Assembly (NCBI GenBank): GCA_900617105.1 | Contig: UYFQ01000268.1 | Span: forward strand, 1-64,000 | Origin: Hydrurus foetidus | Lineage: Eukaryota | DNA length: 64,000 bases | Direction of reading: 5' to 3' | Shown here: piece after piece, positions 61,445 to 64,000 of the stretch | How positions within the stretch are numbered: position 1 is the first letter of the stretch | Layout of the letters: each line of letters opens with the position of its first letter | Notes under the pieces: model-generated | Databases searched by the model: none | What the model saw: the letters and a program-made list of their open reading frames with translations, nothing else | What the model was told of the DNA's origin: nothing | Made by a program: the position numbers and the translations under genes

Positions 61445-64000
61445 GCAACAGACAGTCATTCTTGATGCCGAAGAACATGTTTCACACCATTGAGTTGAGA
61501 GTAATATCCACGCTATCGCTCATTACAACAACGCTCAAAGTGTATCATTTTCTACTGTGGTTGGTATCCATATCATTAAGATTGCACTCGATGGTAATGA
61601 ATCTCAACATATCAGAATCTATCAACGCATCGATCACAGGTGCAAGCTCCGACGAATGCTCACGCCAGAGATGTCCGATGTGCTCACCAGGAGTGTAAGT
61701 TCCTTTGTTTCTACTGTGTAAGTTTCTACTGGTTCGTGGACTTGAATGCAGTTTGAGTCTACACAGGAGGTTAAAATGCAGAAGATGTCCAATGAGTTCT
61801 TAAATTATGAAAGACAGAAATTTGAGCAATACGTGCTGAAGCGAAGGCGCTTGTTGGAGTGCAGTGCCCAGGGACAGCAAGTGTATTGAAAAGTAATTGA
61901 TTTGCGTACCTTTTGACGGAGACTATGGTGTTCTGGAGAGTATTCAGATTTGATATCTCTAAGTAACAAAAAAAGCAAAAATTTAGGCAGCGCTTCACCT
62001 TAAAAAATAGTTGAGTATAATCAGTCAAATCAGTTAGAAATAGAGTGCAAAGCAGTATCTCATAGGTCGAAAATTTGCGGTCTGATAGTGAGATAGTGAA
62101 TGATGGTCATTCTAATATCCCATTCATTTACCATGCGGAACATCAACGTTCCTCTTCAATCTACACGTAGACCCTTTCTTCACTTTAATTCCAGCGTCGA
62201 AAGCGAAAAGCCCTGTTGCACGGCAGTCCAATCGAAAGATTTCGAGCATGTCTATCAACGCACGGTCATCGAGTAAAAAAATAATTTGAGTTTGGACAGC
62301 ATTCAAATTATGCCGCTCTCGACGAATTATGAAAGAAGCCACAATTTGGCATAGAACGGCATATCCTTAAACGCTGTCTCCATCAGAGGCGAGATTTAGC
62401 GGAGCCATTTACCTGAGTCGCAGTTTTTGATAACACCTACCAAACTGTGATGAACCAGAGTCAGCAACAAAAATCTCGAACCGCCACGATAACGCCAAGT
62501 AACCCAGAGCAACAGTTTTAATTCTCAGTGCTCGATATGATGACAGGTGGAATATTGGTTGTGCTGTTGTAATGTGAGTGCAACTGATGTATGAATTAGT
62601 TGTAAGGATAATTGGACAGATATAATGCTTATGTCCAGAGTACACGGTTCCGGAAAATAAAACAAAGGGCACTCGACGGTATATATACCGTCGCCGACCC
62701 TATGTTTTATTTCGGTTGAGTGTACATCCGGGAATTAGGCCTACTTTCTGTACGCCAATGAACATACTCCCCAAACGCAACTTCGCATTCACAATACCAT
62801 AACATCGTCAGTTCTCCACCTCATCAACTTCTGAGTGGTGCGAACTGACGCATTTGGTGTCGGTGTTAGTTGATGAAGTCGCTGTTGGGATCTGAGAAAG
62901 CATGGATCTTGAAATTGGATCGCCCTGATTCATCTTTTTCGACGACGATTTGGTAAGCCGCTAAATATTTTGGCTCCTGCAGATTTGAGAGTCTTTTTAG
63001 CTCCCGTTTATGTTTCAAACAACATTTTTGTACTCAAATCCACGGAGAGAGTCCAAATTGGAGCTCTCCTTCATTTCAAATCTTTAATTTGCGCGATCGT
63101 CTCAAATTTCAGGCATGATCCGCTTTTGGAGCTTCCAGAGCGAGGCAACCGGAGTTTTCGCCCTTGACAGCTGGACACAGGCGTAGAGGAGACTTTCCTC
63201 CAGTTTCCTGAAGGATACGACGTAAAATATAGGACATACCTTCCCATATCAAATGACTGTACTTCCACCTACAATATTTATGACTCCCAATTTATCTTGC
63301 TTCTTTTTTTATTCCTGATTGAATTTGACTGCGTACAACCATTTGCAGCACAAGGCGAAGCTCTTGCAATTTTTTTCTATCATTTTCTCGCAGACATCGG
63401 TCTGACAAGCTGTTTGCGATGGTCGTAATCGTGGCACTCATTTCATGTGGCGCAGGCGGAACTACAACTGCATACCATTCAATTTTGACACTGTCCATTG
63501 CATGACATTCTTGTGTGTCATTTTCTCGTTTGTATACTCTGCCTTAAGAACTGTAAATAATTTGCCGAGCGCCCAATTCGCCTTCTCACTTTCCTTTTGG
63601 ACGACGTGGGTGCGAAGTCGACAACTTCAATGTTCCATAGATGCCAAGATTTTGTTTGGTCATCTGCTACAATCTGGGACTTCTTTTGCACTAATTATGG
63701 AACTGGAAAGAAGCTAGAGCATTTGAACAATGATATTTCTTATGAAGTCACTAAAATAAAGGTGGTGCACATATTGACGGGGAAATTCTTTGAAGTTGGA
63801 CGGGTCTACGCCCGTAGTATCTCTAACAGGACTAAAGGACATGCAACTAGGGTAATTAAAGGTAAATCAACATCATTGGCAGCGTCAGACGCACTGGTTC
63901 CGCTACGCGGCGGCTTCATCTGGAACTTTTTGGCGCGGCGATTTCAAGAAAATTTATAGAAATACCTGGGGCGACCCAAAGTTGACTCTAAAATTTGAAT

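Noticed and set aside
61700..64000. Short ORFs at the right end as genes
   Set aside because: The frames are interrupted by stops and no motif was recognised. A degraded minus-strand gene at ~62800-63900 is possible but unsupported.

Overview
Eukaryotic genomic DNA with GT-AG introns. One host gene has a signal peptide followed by an 'A-F' transit peptide, which suggests a plastid-bearing stramenopile (ochrophyte). About 57 kb of the window is transposon-derived. There are two diverged copies of a large (~15.8 kb) Helitron2/Helentron-type rolling-circle element, placed head-to-head. Copy A (1-11064, minus strand) is 5'-truncated, carries nonsense codons and runs off the left edge. Copy B (~38061-53815, plus strand) looks full length, with an 11-bp asymmetric inverted repeat and a 3' hairpin. 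Besides OTU-Rep-PIF1 helicase, both copies carry the same four intron-containing cargo genes in the same order: a predicted papain/C39-like Cys protease, an RPA70-like OB-fold protein, an unknown protein and a Ulp1/SENP-like protease. Both also share a conserved 75-nt structured non-coding element. Between the copies is a 27-kb array of ~34 near-identical ~800-bp units. Each unit is the 3' end of a chromovirus LTR retrotransposon: chromodomain tail, 3'UTR with variable (GATTTC)n, polypurine tract and ~210-bp LTR. To the right, a pogo-like DD39D transposon (41-bp TIRs, apparent 4-bp TSD, extra stand-alone DNA-binding ORF) is nested in a MITE. Host genes follow: an ELAV-like 3-RRM protein and a small plastid-targeted protein. 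All calls are by-eye motif and alignment reading; no database searches were run.
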